Shown: positions 10,499 through 20,960, counted from the stretch's first letter. The stretch is DNA of 32,000 bases from Demequinaceae bacterium (GCA_965250005.1 OZ252279.1:1860001-1892000), one strand, 5' to 3'. Made by a program: numbers and translations. The notes: generated by a model not told the origin, from the letters alone.

Positions 10499-12400
10499 AT
10501 GCCCGCGCGCCAAGATTTGCGCAATGTTGCCATCGTCGCCCACGTCGATCACGGTAAGACCACGCTCGTCGATGCGATGTTGGTGCAGGGGGGTGCCTAC
10601 GGCGACCATGCACACGTGGAAGATCGCGCAATGGACTCGGGAGACCTCGAACGCGAAAAGGGAATCACGATTCTCGCCAAGAACACCGCCATCCGATATA
10701 CCGGCGCGTCGGCGGTGGACGGCGGCGTGACGATTAACGTCATCGATACGCCCGGGCACGCTGACTTTGGAGGAGAGGTCGAGCGTGGGCTGTCCATGGT
10801 CGACGGCGTCGTACTGCTGGTCGATGCGTCGGAGGGTCCGCTTCCTCAAACTCGCTTCGTGCTGCGCAAGGCGCTGGCCGCTCACCTACCTGTGATCATC
10901 GTTGTCAACAAGGTTGACCGCCCGGATTCGCGAATTGGTGCCGTGGTCGAAGAAACCCACGACCTACTGCTTGGCCTCGCGTCCGACCTGGAGGACGAAG
11001 TCCCCGATCTCGACATCGACGCACTCCTCGCGGTCCCGGTGGTCTTTGCCTCTGCGAAGGCCGGCCGAGCTTCGCTCAACCAGCCCGGTGACGGTGAGTT
11101 GCCGGATGCGGAGAACTTGGAGCCCCTTTTCCGCGTGATCATGGAGCGGATTCCCGCGCCCACATACGACGACGACGCGCCGCTGCAGGCGCATGTCACC
11201 AACCTCGACGCCTCGCCCTTCCTTGGACGACTGGCGCTACTACGTGTCTTCAACGGCACAATTAGGAAGGGCCAGATCGTTGCGTGGGCCAAGGCCGACG
11301 GCACCATCGCGAACGTCAAGATCACCGAACTTCTCGAAACCAAGGGCCTCGACCGGGTGCCGACACAGAGCGCCGGCCCCGGCGATATTGTGGCGGTCGC
11401 GGGCATCGAGGGCATTACGATAGGCGAAACTCTCACTGACGTGGACGACCCTCGTCCGTTGCCATTGATCGTGATCGACGATCCTGCGATTTCGATGACA
11501 ATCGGCATCAATACATCCCCGCTCGCTGGACGTGTCAAGGGCGCCAAAGTTACGGCCAGACAGGTGAAAGACCGCCTCGACAAGGAACTGGTGGGTAACG
11601 TCTCGATTCGCGTTCTTCCCACGGAACGCCCCGATTCGTGGGAGGTTCAAGGTCGCGGCGAATTGGCGCTAGCCATCCTCGTCGAGCAGATGCGCCGTGA
11701 GGGCTTCGAGTTGACTGTCGGCAAGCCACAGGTTGTCACCAAAGAGATCGACGGCAAGCGCCACGAGCCCATGGAGCATATGACGATTGATGTCCCCGAG
11801 GAGCACCTCGGCGCCGTCACCCAGCTCATGGCAACCCGCAAGGGCCGGATGGAAAGCATGTCGAATCACGGCACGGGGTGGGTCCGAATGGAGTTCATCA
11901 TCCCCGCCCGCGGCCTCATCGGCTTCCGGACGCTCTTTCTGACCGATACGCGCGGCACCGGAATCGCGTCGTCAATCGCGCATGGCTATGAGCCGTGGGC
12001 CGGGCCCATCGAACTGAGGACTACTGGCTCATTGGTCGCGGACCGCTCGGGCCCAGTCACGCCGTTTGCGATGATCAACCTGCAGGAGCGCGGGTCCTTC
12101 TTCGTCAAGCCGACCGCCGAAGTCTACGAGGGCATGATCGTTGGCGAGAACTCGCGCAATGAGGACATGGACGTCAACATCACCAAAGAAAAGAAGCTTA
12201 CCAATATGCGTGCTGCTTCGAGCGACTCGTTCGAGAACCTCACTCCGCCGCGCGAACTCACGCTCGAAGAGTGCCTGGAATTCGCTCGCGACGACGAGTG
12301 TGTTGAAGTCACTCCAGATCACACACGCATCCGCAAGGTGGTCCTCGATCAGCTTGAGCGTGGACGCACGACGGCGCGCGCCAAGCGTGCGGAGAAATAG
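10499..12400 (+). CDS. typA: Translational GTPase TypA/BipA
   Basis: 633 aa; [84 protein letters not shown]. Confidence 0.98.
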   Translation: MPARQDLRNVAIVAHVDHGKTTLVDAMLVQGGAYGDHAHVEDRAMDSGDLEREKGITILAKNTAIRYTGASAVDGGVTINVIDTPGHADFGGEVERGLSMVDGVVLLVDASEGPLPQTRFVLRKALAAHLPVIIVVNKVDRPDSRIGAVVEETHDLLLGLASDLEDEVPDLDIDALLAVPVVFASAKAGRASLNQPGDGELPDAENLEPLFRVIMERIPAPTYDDDAPLQAHVTNLDASPFLGRLALLRVFNGTIRKGQIVAWAKADGTIANVKITELLETKGLDRVPTQSAGPGDIVAVAGIEGITIGETLTDVDDPRPLPLIVIDDPAISMTIGINTSPLAGRVKGAKVTARQVKDRLDKELVGNVSIRVLPTERPDSWEVQGRGELALAILVEQMRREGFELTVGKPQVVTKEIDGKRHEPMEHMTIDVPEEHLGAVTQLMATRKGRMESMSNHGTGWVRMEFIIPARGLIGFRTLFLTDTRGTGIASSIAHGYEPWAGPIELRTTGSLVADRSGPVTPFAMINLQERGSFFVKPTAEVYEGMIVGENSRNEDMDVNITKEKKLTNMRAASSDSFENLTPPRELTLEECLEFARDDECVEVTPDHTRIRKVVLDQLERGRTTARAKRAEK

Positions 12401-12427
12401 TAGCCGTCAAGCCCTAAGGTTGGAGCC

Positions 12428-12784
12428 ATGCTCCGGAACCTCCTCGCCATTATCGCGCTCGCTGGCGCGGGTCTCTTCGTCGCGATAGTTGGCACCGCGG
12501 CGCACAGGTACGAGCCCTACTGGGGAATCGTCTTGGCGATCTTGCTGGTGCTCGTGTCCGCACTTTTTGCGCGTGCGTGGCGCGGGTGGATGGGGTTGAG
12601 CATTTTTTCAAGCGCGTGGACCGCGCTTCTACTCTTTCTTACGTATGTTGACGGGCCCGGCGGCAATATTGTCGTTCTCGAGGACGGCCTCGGATTCGCT
12701 TGGTACCTAGGCGGCGCCGCGGCAGTAATTGCGATTGCGTTTGTTCCCCGGCGATTCGTGAGTGAGAACACGGATGTCTCGTAG
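12428..12784 (+). CDS. Small multi-pass membrane protein, unknown function
   Basis: 118 aa with four hydrophobic segments; compact spacing to typA and overlap with the next gene. Confidence 0.75.
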   Translation: MLRNLLAIIALAGAGLFVAIVGTAAHRYEPYWGIVLAILLVLVSALFARAWRGWMGLSIFSSAWTALLLFLTYVDGPGGNIVVLEDGLGFAWYLGGAAAVIAIAFVPRRFVSENTDVS

Positions 12785-15563
12785 CCGGCGCGAGGAGCTC
12801 AAAGTCGCCGAACAAGCCCTCGGCGCGCGCCGTCGCAAGGTCGCTCATCGCCAACTGCGAAGAGCCGTAGCGCGCTCGGGCGGCGAAGGCTCCGTGCGGC
12901 GAGATGCCCGTCTCAGATCCGCAATCTTCCCGCCGCTTCCGCCACCCGTGAGAGAATCTGAAGCTGATCTGACCATTGCTCCGCAAGCGGACATTCGAGC
13001 GGTGTTCGAGCCCACTGAAATGCCTGGCGTCCGGCATCGGTCGCCGGTCAAGAAGCCCGAATCCGTCGACGTGCCGTCAGCGAAGATCAAAACCAAGTTG
13101 ACGCCTAGTAAGGGCACGGGCTCCAAGTTCACGGGGGCCGCTGCGGTGATGAAAGGGGAAACGCCGAGGGCTGCTGTCAGCCCGACGTCACCTGCGAAGC
13201 CACTCGCAAAGACCGAGCCATCCAAGGTAGCCGCGCACCCTAAACCGGCGAAGAAGAAGGCCGCGCCTAAGAAGACCGAGAAACCAACTGTTCCTGCCCA
13301 GCCTGAGCCCTTTTCCCAATCCTCTGACGCGCAGGCTCCCACACTCGGGCCGTCAAGGATCGGCGCGCTCATCTCGGGGCTGGGCGCGGGGGCAGTTGTC
13401 GCTGGCGGCGGATTGGTCAAGGCGGTCCGTGCTGGAGCGCGCGAATCGCTCGCGGGAGCCAAGGTTGTCGGCCGCGCCACGCAGTCAGCTGCAACTGTCG
13501 TTGGCAATGCAGTTCTGTCGCGAGCCGAACATGCGCGCGTGGCTGCCGCGAAACGTGCTGTGGTTCGCGCGTCAACGCGCCAGGCCGCTGTAGACGAGAA
13601 GGCCGCGATTGCTCAAGCGGACGCCAAAGCGAAGGCGAAGGCCGCCGCCGAGGCAGCGAAGGTTGCGCGCGAAGAGGAGAAAGCGCGTGCCAAGGCCGAC
13701 GCGAAGGCGGCGGCGCTCGTCGCGACGAAAACTGACACTCTCACCGAGGTCGAGGCAGCACCCAAGCGCAAGCCGAAGCCGGAACCCAAGCGCAAGCCGA
13801 AGCCGGAACCCAAGCGCAAGCCGAAGCCGGAACCCAAGCGCAAGCCGAAGCGCGAGCCAGCGGTGGAGGCACCCTCAGTTCCGAAGGTCTTCCCGTCACT
13901 TCCCCGCATCACGGTTCCGCGCCCGTCCCTTCCGTCGCTTCCGAAGGTGGCGGTTCCACGCCCTACCCGGCAGCAGCTAGCTATCGGTTCGATTGCTGTC
14001 GCCGTGGCGCTGCTGGCATATGTTGGCGCCCAGGCATCTGTCGCTAACACCGTCGCGCCCAACACCGTAATTCTGGGCAATGAAATCGGGGGGCTCAGCA
14101 CGGACGCCGCGGTCGCAGAACTGTCGCTCAGATTCACGGACTTCGAGTCTCGGCCGGTCAGGCTTGAGGCTCATGGTTGGTTCGCCTACCTGGAGCCAGC
14201 TGATGCAGGTTTGAGTCTTGATGTGCAGGCGACGGTCGGTGACCTGACGGGATTTACGTGGAAGCCCGGTCGCCTGTGGAGTTTTGTCGTGGGTGGCGGC
14301 GAAGTTTCTCCAGCACTTGTTGTGGACGGCGCGGCTTTGGCGTCGTCCGTAATGGATGCTGTCGAGCAGCTCGAACAGACTCCCGCGAGCGCTACGGTCG
14401 AGTTCAGAAATGGCAATGCGTTCCCTGTTCCTGCCCGTGATGGGGTGGCTATCAACGCCAAGCTAGCTATCGAGGCAGTGGCAGACCGCTGGCTGGCGGG
14501 CCAGCCGATTGTGCTTGCCGCCGTGGTGCGGCCGCCGGGCATCCTCACGCCAGAGGCGGAGCGCGCCGCCACGGCATTCAATCAAGTAACGCTCGCGTCG
14601 CCGGTAGCGCTCGAGGGGCCGAACGGTTCTGCGGAAATCAGTGCGACAGACGTGGCTGAGTTTGGTGTGGTTGTTGCCGCGGGCGACCGGCTGGTACTCA
14701 TGATGGACGGTGAGCAGCTAGCAAACGCGCTTCTCGAGCGCAATCCGGGGCTGAATAGTGGCGCGCGCAATGCGAGGCAGTACTTTGACGGGAATCACAT
14801 GCTTGTGCTGGACGAGAGCGTACCCGCGCGGGTGCTTGATGTAGCGAGCCTCGGAGATGCGGCGGTTCTCGCGCTCAACAGCGTCTCCCGCGTGGGTGAG
14901 ATGCCGTTCCTCGAGACTCCAGCGGACGTGACAACGGTGGATCTCGCCGAGGGAGATTTTACTGCGCGGGTCTCGTCGTTTAGCACGCCGTTCACGCCGC
15001 GCGGCTGGGCGCGCGAACAGAACATCGCTAATGCGGGGCGGATCATTTCTGGAATGGTCATTCAGCCGGGAGAGACCTTTAGTTTGATCAAGGCGCTGAC
15101 GCCAATCGACGCGAGCAACGGGTTCAGAAGCGCGGGCGTCATTATCGGAGGTGAGCACGTCGATGCGCCCGGTGGAGGCTTGTCGCAGATGGCGACGACC
15201 CTATACAACACCGCGTACTGGGCGGGCCTTGAAGACGTGGCCCACCGGTCGCACACGGAGTGGTTTACGCGCTATCCAGCCGGACGCGAGGCAACCATTT
15301 TCACCCCGTCGCTCGACATGAAGTTCCGCAACGACACGCCGCACGCGATAGTTATTAACTCCTACGTCGACGGCGCGCGTATCTACGTGGATTTCTGGTC
15401 GACTCCGTACTACCGCGTTGAGGGCACGACCACCATCACCAGTGGTCGCGCGATCCAGGGATGCGGGTTCGGTGTTCTAGACAACCGCAAGGTGTACGTT
15501 GGAGACGATTTGGTGAAGAACGAGTCCCAGCGCTGGAGCTATCGCCGCACCGACTACTGCTAG
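12774..15563 (+). CDS. VanW-family protein with long charged/Ala-rich N-terminal region and one TM helix
   Basis: ORF 12762..15563; likely start MSRSRREELKVAEQ at 12774. TM QLAIGSIAVAVALLAYVGAQASVA; VanW domain RGWAREQNIANAGRIISGMVIQPGETFSLIKALTPIDASNGFRSAGVIIGGEHVDAPGGGLSQMATTLYNTAYWAGL. Confidence 0.9.
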   Translation: MSRSRREELKVAEQALGARRRKVAHRQLRRAVARSGGEGSVRRDARLRSAIFPPLPPPVRESEADLTIAPQADIRAVFEPTEMPGVRHRSPVKKPESVDVPSAKIKTKLTPSKGTGSKFTGAAAVMKGETPRAAVSPTSPAKPLAKTEPSKVAAHPKPAKKKAAPKKTEKPTVPAQPEPFSQSSDAQAPTLGPSRIGALISGLGAGAVVAGGGLVKAVRAGARESLAGAKVVGRATQSAATVVGNAVLSRAEHARVAAAKRAVVRASTRQAAVDEKAAIAQADAKAKAKAAAEAAKVAREEEKARAKADAKAAALVATKTDTLTEVEAAPKRKPKPEPKRKPKPEPKRKPKPEPKRKPKREPAVEAPSVPKVFPSLPRITVPRPSLPSLPKVAVPRPTRQQLAIGSIAVAVALLAYVGAQASVANTVAPNTVILGNEIGGLSTDAAVAELSLRFTDFESRPVRLEAHGWFAYLEPADAGLSLDVQATVGDLTGFTWKPGRLWSFVVGGGEVSPALVVDGAALASSVMDAVEQLEQTPASATVEFRNGNAFPVPARDGVAINAKLAIEAVADRWLAGQPIVLAAVVRPPGILTPEAERAATAFNQVTLASPVALEGPNGSAEISATDVAEFGVVVAAGDRLVLMMDGEQLANALLERNPGLNSGARNARQYFDGNHMLVLDESVPARVLDVASLGDAAVLALNSVSRVGEMPFLETPADVTTVDLAEGDFTARVSSFSTPFTPRGWAREQNIANAGRIISGMVIQPGETFSLIKALTPIDASNGFRSAGVIIGGEHVDAPGGGLSQMATTLYNTAYWAGLEDVAHRSHTEWFTRYPAGREATIFTPSLDMKFRNDTPHAIVINSYVDGARIYVDFWSTPYYRVEGTTTITSGRAIQGCGFGVLDNRKVYVGDDLVKNESQRWSYRRTDYC
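13764..13859 (+). repeat. Four tandem copies of a 24-bp unit encoding KRKPKPEP
   Basis: AAGCGCAAGCCGAAGCCGGAACCC x3 plus the variant AAGCGCAAGCCGAAGCGCGAGCCA. Confidence 0.95.
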
Positions 15564-15635
15564 GCGCAGGCGCGCAATCACCTCACGCGGGCTAGGTATG
15601 ATTGTCCCGGCATCGACCCTTCGAAAGGATTCCTC

Positions 15636-15959
15636 GTGACGTACGTCATCGCACTGCCCTGTGTAGACCTCAAGGACAAGGCGTGCATCGATGAGTGTCC
15701 CGTGGACTGTATCTACGAGGGCGATCGGATGCTCTATATCCACCCTGATGAGTGCGTGGACTGCGGCGCGTGTGAGCCGGTCTGTCCTGTCGAGGCCATC
15801 TACTACGAGGACGACACCCCCGACAAGTGGGCTGAATACTACAAGGCGAACGTAGAGTTCTTTTCCGAGATTGGCTCGCCCGGTGGTGCAGCGAAGATGG
15901 GTCTGATCGAGCACGATCACGACATCATCAAGGCGCTTCCGCCGCAGCCCGTCGGCTAA
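15636..15959 (+). CDS. fdxA: 7Fe/FdxA-type ferredoxin
   Basis: 107 aa; TYVIALPCVDLKDKACIDECPVDCIYEGDRMLYIHPDECVDCGACEPVCPVEAIYYEDDTP with cysteine motifs for two clusters. Confidence 0.96.
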   Translation: MTYVIALPCVDLKDKACIDECPVDCIYEGDRMLYIHPDECVDCGACEPVCPVEAIYYEDDTPDKWAEYYKANVEFFSEIGSPGGAAKMGLIEHDHDIIKALPPQPVG

Positions 15960-15992
15960 CACCACGTACTGCGATCGTGGCAGGCTGACCTC

Positions 15993-17114
15993 ATGGGACT
16001 GAACCCTGCCGCTCTTCCCGATTTTCCGTGGGATTCGCTCGCACCATACATTGAGCGAGCGAAGGCGCACCCAGATGGCTTGATTGCGCTCTCCGTTGGA
16101 ACGCCAGTCGACCCGACGCCAGAAGTCATTCGGCGCGCTCTCGCAGAGGCGGCGGACGCGCCAGGATACCCGGCGACGCACGGAACCCGGGAGTTGCGCG
16201 AAGCGATCGCCGGCTGGTATTCACGCCGCAGAGGTGTACCCGGAGTGGATCCCGATGCGGTGCTTCCCACCATTGGCTCCAAGGAGTTCGTGGCGTGGTT
16301 GCCAGCGCTGCTTGGTCTGGGCGAGAACGACGCGGTAGTAGTCCCGACCGCCGCGTATCCCACGTACGAGGTGGGCGCCACGCTCGCCGGAGCTACGACC
16401 ATCTGTGCAGATGACCTTGACGCATGGCGCGACAACCCTGCCGTCAAACTGGTCTGGCTCAACTCGCCCTCAAACCCCACGGGCGCGGTCGCTACTCGTG
16501 AACACCTGGCAGAAGTGGTGGCCGCAGTACGCAACCTCGGAGCCGTCGTGGCCTCTGACGAGTGCTACGCGGAACTGTCCTGGAGTGAGCCGCACGCGAC
16601 AAGTTCAGTACCGAGCGTCCTCGACCCGTTGGTCTGCGGTGACTCCCACCATGGAATTCTCGCCGTCTACTCGTTGTCGAAGCAGTCGAACCTCGCGGGC
16701 TACCGCGCTGCATTCACCGCGGGAGACGCGAAGCTTGTGGCCGACCTGCTTGAGGCGCGCAAACACGCGGGGATGCTCGTCCCAGGACCGGTGCAAGCCG
16801 CGATGATTGCTGCACTCATGGACGATGCGCATGTTGTGAAGCAGCGAGAGGTGTACCGGAATCGGCGGGACGTCCTCAGCGCGGCGATAGTCGCGTCGGG
16901 AATGGAGATTTCGCACTCGGAGGCTGGGCTTTACCTGTGGGCGACACGCGGTGAAGACTGCTGGGCCACGGTCGAGCGGTTCGCTGATCAAGGCATCGTT
17001 GTTGCGCCCGGAGCGTTCTACGGTGCTGCGGGTCAGCGGCATGTGCGTATTGCGATCACCGCGAGCGATGCGAGCATCGACGAGGCGGCGCGCCGCCTCG
17101 GCACAGCCCGATAG
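15993..17114 (+). CDS. dapC: Succinyldiaminopimelate transaminase
   Basis: 373 aa class I/II aminotransferase (KLVWLNSPSNPTGAV, YSLSKQSNLAGYRAAF) immediately downstream of fdxA, as in other actinobacteria. Confidence 0.9.
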   Translation: MGLNPAALPDFPWDSLAPYIERAKAHPDGLIALSVGTPVDPTPEVIRRALAEAADAPGYPATHGTRELREAIAGWYSRRRGVPGVDPDAVLPTIGSKEFVAWLPALLGLGENDAVVVPTAAYPTYEVGATLAGATTICADDLDAWRDNPAVKLVWLNSPSNPTGAVATREHLAEVVAAVRNLGAVVASDECYAELSWSEPHATSSVPSVLDPLVCGDSHHGILAVYSLSKQSNLAGYRAAFTAGDAKLVADLLEARKHAGMLVPGPVQAAMIAALMDDAHVVKQREVYRNRRDVLSAAIVASGMEISHSEAGLYLWATRGEDCWATVERFADQGIVVAPGAFYGAAGQRHVRIAITASDASIDEAARRLGTAR

Positions 17115-17163
17115 ACTGGAGCAAAGGCTCAGGGGATGGGCCGCGGCATTCTCCGGAGGATTC

Positions 17164-18462
17164 ATGGGACAGGTTGTAGACGCGCGACTCACGGTCGACG
17201 GAAAGACCCGTGAGCTCCCGCTTGAGCGCGCGACTGTGGGCAACGACGGGATCGCCGTAACCACGCTGTTGCGCGACACCGGACTGGTGACGGTAGACCC
17301 GGGATTTATGAACACCGCCTCATGTGAGTCAGCGATCACCTACATCGACGGCGAACACGGGATCTTGCGCTATCGCGGTTATCCCATCGATCAACTGGCT
17401 CAGCAGTCCACGTTTCTCGAGGTCTCGCACTTGCTGGTGCACGGCGACCTGCCCGCTCCGGACGTGCTCAACGCGCTTGAAAATCGCGTCGCGCGTCACA
17501 TGCAGGTTCACGATGGCATCAAGGCTTTCCTCGAAGCGTTCCCGCGCGACGCGCACCCGATGTCAGTGCTTTCTGGCGCGATCTCAGCGCTGGCCACGTT
17601 CTATCCCGACAGCGTGGGACGCGAGCCTGAGCAGGTGGAGCTTGCAACGGTCCTGCTACTGGCGAAGACGGCCACGGTCATCGCGTACCTGCAGCGCCGT
17701 GCGGCTGGCGGCGACTTCATCGAGCCCAAGAAGAAGGGCACGGAGTTTGTCGAAGAGTTTTTGCGGTTGACGTTTGCCCCAGGTGACGGCCCATACGATG
17801 TGGACCCCAAGATAGCGAAAGCAATGAATCTGTTGCTTATTCTCCACGCAGACCACGAGCAGAACTGCTCGACTTCCACGGTCCGCATTGTGGGTTCGAG
17901 CCAGGCAAACGTTTACGCTTCTGTGTCCGCAGGCGTCGGCGCGCTCTCGGGACCTCTGCACGGCGGTGCCAACGAGGCCGCGTTGCGCATGTTTGACGAA
18001 ATCAAGGCGTCCGGCGACAGCATCGAGCAGTTCGTGGGCAAGGTGAAGGACAAGGTTGAGGGCGCCAAACTCATGGGCTTTGGTCATAGGGTATACAAGT
18101 CGCACGACCCGCGCGGCGCTGAGGTCAAGAAGGTCGCGGACGAGGTCCTCGCGTCTCTCGGCGGCAACACCGAGTTATTCGACATGGCGCAGCGGCTTGA
18201 GGAGATCGCGCTAAGCGATGAGTACTTCATTGAGCGCAAGTTATACCCGAACGTGGACTTCTATACGGGCCTGCTCTATAAGGCGATGGGATTCCCCACC
18301 ACCATGTTCACGCCACTGTTCGTGCTTGGGCGCATGCCCGGCTGGGTGGCTCACTGGCGGGAAATGATTCGCGACCCGAGCACCAAAATCGGCCGCCCTC
18401 GTCAGATTTACATTGGCGAGACGGAGCGGAACTACGCGCCGATCGGCGAACGCGGCCTATAG
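17164..18462 (+). CDS. gltA: Citrate synthase
   Basis: 432 aa from ATG 17164 preceded by GGAGGA. SCESAITYIDGEHGILRYRGYPIDQLA, LILHADHEQNCSTSTVRIVGSS, SGPLHGGANEAALRM, GFGHRVYKSHDPR. Confidence 0.96.
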   Translation: MGQVVDARLTVDGKTRELPLERATVGNDGIAVTTLLRDTGLVTVDPGFMNTASCESAITYIDGEHGILRYRGYPIDQLAQQSTFLEVSHLLVHGDLPAPDVLNALENRVARHMQVHDGIKAFLEAFPRDAHPMSVLSGAISALATFYPDSVGREPEQVELATVLLLAKTATVIAYLQRRAAGGDFIEPKKKGTEFVEEFLRLTFAPGDGPYDVDPKIAKAMNLLLILHADHEQNCSTSTVRIVGSSQANVYASVSAGVGALSGPLHGGANEAALRMFDEIKASGDSIEQFVGKVKDKVEGAKLMGFGHRVYKSHDPRGAEVKKVADEVLASLGGNTELFDMAQRLEEIALSDEYFIERKLYPNVDFYTGLLYKAMGFPTTMFTPLFVLGRMPGWVAHWREMIRDPSTKIGRPRQIYIGETERNYAPIGERGL

Positions 18463-18573
18463 GCAGGACCGCGGTCCAGTTGGTCCGCTCGCGGGCATCG
18501 CGCTTTTCAGCGCGCGCGTTCGATGAAACTGCCCTAGTCTGACCCAAGGGCGGGGTTGAACTCAGGAGTTCTC

Positions 18574-19047
18574 ATGAAGATGGATTTCCGCCTTGAGTAT
18601 CAAGTCGACTGGGTGCGGGCCGAAGCGGATCGCATTCGCGCGTCTTTCGGTAACGCGATCACGGTAGTTGCTCATATGTCAGAAGGCGCGATGGGCGTGG
18701 GCAAGCGCGTCATTTCGCTGTCAGACCCCTCGGATCAAGGGACGGCTGCGGCCATTTGCATTACTAAGGCGACCGAAGAGGGCAGCCGTTGGAAGGTGGA
18801 GTTGCTCCCCGCGCTTGGCGACGACGACGTGGTGCCGGTGTCGCGCCCCATCGGCGCTGCCGAACTCGAGATGCGCTACGGAAAGTGTTACCACATCTCG
18901 CACGACGAGACCGTTGGCAAACCCAGCGGTGAGGATGGGTGGCCCGACCTAGGTGACGCGGTCGCTCACCTGATCGCAGGCAAGTTCAAGGTGGCCAAGA
19001 AGCGCAGCCTGGGCGGCACGGTCGCCAAACCGTACGCCGCCCTCTAG
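18574..19047 (+). CDS. Hypothetical protein, 157 aa
   Basis: In-frame start MKMDFRLEYQVDWVRAEADRIRASFGNA with upstream CAGGAG; no recognised family. Confidence 0.7.
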   Translation: MKMDFRLEYQVDWVRAEADRIRASFGNAITVVAHMSEGAMGVGKRVISLSDPSDQGTAAAICITKATEEGSRWKVELLPALGDDDVVPVSRPIGAAELEMRYGKCYHISHDETVGKPSGEDGWPDLGDAVAHLIAGKFKVAKKRSLGGTVAKPYAAL

Positions 19048-19940
19048 GGTCGTCCGAACGTCACGGTCACGTCTGTGGCGCCACAATCCACCTCGGACTC
19101 AAGTGCGGCATCCGTTGCCCACTGCGCGCTTTCGCGGGTCCAAACTGTGCCACACCATCGGACGTCCGCAATGTTGAACTCTCCTGCGGCGGTGACGGAC
19201 CACGAGGCCAGGGCACTGCGCAACTCGATGCTCGGGTAGTCAAGGGAGACGACGGGATTGCCCTCAGTGTCTGCCCCAACCTGAACGCTCACTCCGTTGC
19301 CCCAGTCCGCAAGCACACGGTCCGCGTACACGCTCGCCGCGCCGTGCGTGGGCTCAACGTCCGCGTGGCTACATGTAACCGCTGCCAGCCCACTGTTGCC
19401 CGTAAGCGCCGACGCCCAGAGGCGTGCCTCAGGCTCATGGTCTGCGTACGCTTGGGGGAACGCCGAGTTCTGGACCGCCTGGGCTGCCACCGTGACTTCG
19501 AGCGTCTGCCATCCGTCAACCTTGACGAGTGCGTCGTAGAACGCATTGGACGCGTAGTAGGGGTCCGTGATCTGCTCGATGGTGCCCCAGCCCTGGGACG
19601 GGCGCTGCTGGAACAGCCCGAGCGAGTCGCGGTCGCCGTAGTCGAGGTTTCGGAGGTCGGACTCCTGGATCGCCGTGGCGAGCGCGATGGTTGCCGCCCG
19701 GGCGGGCAGGCCCCGCTGAACCGACGTCGCGGTGATGAGGGCTGCGTTGTTGGCCTGCTCGGCGCTCAGCGTGTGGGTGTTGTCTCCCAGGCTCACGGTG
19801 CAAGAGGACGTGGAGAAAAGCCGGTCACCATACCGGTCTACGAGGCGGGGGCCAAGGTACATGGCGGCTAGCACCGCAACGGCGACAACGACGAGTGCGG
19901 CCAGCCCAATACCGCGCCGCCCCTGTTTCAGCCCAGCCAT
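19044..19940 (-). CDS. Membrane-anchored protein with lysozyme-like/transglycosylase-like fold
   Basis: Start MAGLKQGRRGIGLAALVVVAVAVLAAMYLG; core GLPARAATIALATAIQESDLRNLDYGDRDSLGLFQQRPSQGWGTIEQITDPYYASNAFYDALVKV. Confidence 0.8.
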   Translation of the reverse strand: MAGLKQGRRGIGLAALVVVAVAVLAAMYLGPRLVDRYGDRLFSTSSCTVSLGDNTHTLSAEQANNAALITATSVQRGLPARAATIALATAIQESDLRNLDYGDRDSLGLFQQRPSQGWGTIEQITDPYYASNAFYDALVKVDGWQTLEVTVAAQAVQNSAFPQAYADHEPEARLWASALTGNSGLAAVTCSHADVEPTHGAASVYADRVLADWGNGVSVQVGADTEGNPVVSLDYPSIELRSALASWSVTAAGEFNIADVRWCGTVWTRESAQWATDAALESEVDCGATDVTVTFGRP

Positions 19941-19954
19941 CCGCGGTGTGACCC

Positions 19955-20902
19955 CTAGTTGGCGTGCAGCGCCGAATTGAGCGCGACGCCGTCGCCCTTG
20001 CGTGCCACTGCCTCGAGTGCGCCGGACATGGAGTTTCGTCGGAAGAGAATACCGTTCTGTCCCGCGAGTTCGCGGGCTTTCACCACGATCGGCTCGCCGT
20101 CTTCGTCCTTCTGGTCTACCAACAAAACCTTGGAGCCGGCGGTGACGTACAGTCCGGCCTCGACCACGCAATCGTCGCCCAGCGGAATGCCCAGCCCGGA
20201 ATTCGCTCCCAGCAGCGAGCGCTGCCCGATCGAAATTACTTCCTTGCCGCCTCCAGAGAGCGTTCCCATGATTGACGCGCCGCCGCCAATGTCCGAGCCG
20301 TCGCCCACCACCACGCCCGCGGAGATGCGGCCCTCGACCATCGAAACCCCCAGCGTCCCGGCATTGAAATTCACAAAGCCCTCGTGCATGACCGTGGTGC
20401 CTTCGGCCAGGTGGGCGCCTAGGCGCACGCGGTCGGAGTTGGCGATACGGACGCCGGAGGGGACCACATAGTCGAGCAAGCGCGGGAACTTGTCGACACT
20501 GTCAATGGCTAGGTGCAAGCTGGATGCGCGGAACCGCATGCGCGTGTCATCGAGGCCGCTCAGCGCGACCGGGCCGTGGCATGTCCACGCGACGTTGGGG
20601 AGTACGCCAAAGATGCCGTCCAGGTTCATGGAATTGGGGCGAACGATGCGGTGGCTGAGCAGGTGCAGGCGCAGGTACGCATCAGCGACAGTTGCGGGAG
20701 GTTGATCGCAATCGATTTCCATGAACACAACTGAGATGTCGACGTTTCGTAGTGCGTCGTGCCGCTCGCCGGTACTCACGGAGGTGGGGGCAGCGTGGCC
20801 CGCCGCGGGCTCGCCTAGTTCGGGGGCGGGAAACCAGGTGTCCAGCACGGTGCCGTCGGCGCTTGTCGTGGCAAGGCCGTAGCCGTGTGCAATGCGATTC
20901 AT
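19955..20902 (-). CDS. dapD: 2,3,4,5-tetrahydropyridine-2,6-dicarboxylate N-succinyltransferase
   Basis: 315 aa; VRIANSDRVRLGAHLAEGTTVMHEGFVNFNAGTLGVSMVEGRISAGVVVGDGSDIGGGASIMGTLSGGGKEVISIGQRSLLGANSGLGIPLGDDC (left-handed beta helix). Confidence 0.96.
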   Translation of the reverse strand: MNRIAHGYGLATTSADGTVLDTWFPAPELGEPAAGHAAPTSVSTGERHDALRNVDISVVFMEIDCDQPPATVADAYLRLHLLSHRIVRPNSMNLDGIFGVLPNVAWTCHGPVALSGLDDTRMRFRASSLHLAIDSVDKFPRLLDYVVPSGVRIANSDRVRLGAHLAEGTTVMHEGFVNFNAGTLGVSMVEGRISAGVVVGDGSDIGGGASIMGTLSGGGKEVISIGQRSLLGANSGLGIPLGDDCVVEAGLYVTAGSKVLLVDQKDEDGEPIVVKARELAGQNGILFRRNSMSGALEAVARKGDGVALNSALHAN

Positions 20903-20960
20903 GGCCCATAGCCTACGGGTCGCGCGCCGCGTTTCCGGTAGGCCTGACTAGGCTGAACGG

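Noticed and set aside
16951-17163. N-terminal extension of the citrate synthase ORF in the track
   Set aside because: It overlaps dapC out of frame; ATG at 17164 has a good GGAGGA site and starts the conserved protein.
18466-18477. Perfect 12-bp palindrome GGACCGCGGTCC after citrate synthase
   Set aside because: Too short with no loop or T-tract; single occurrence, so no support for a regulatory role or terminator.
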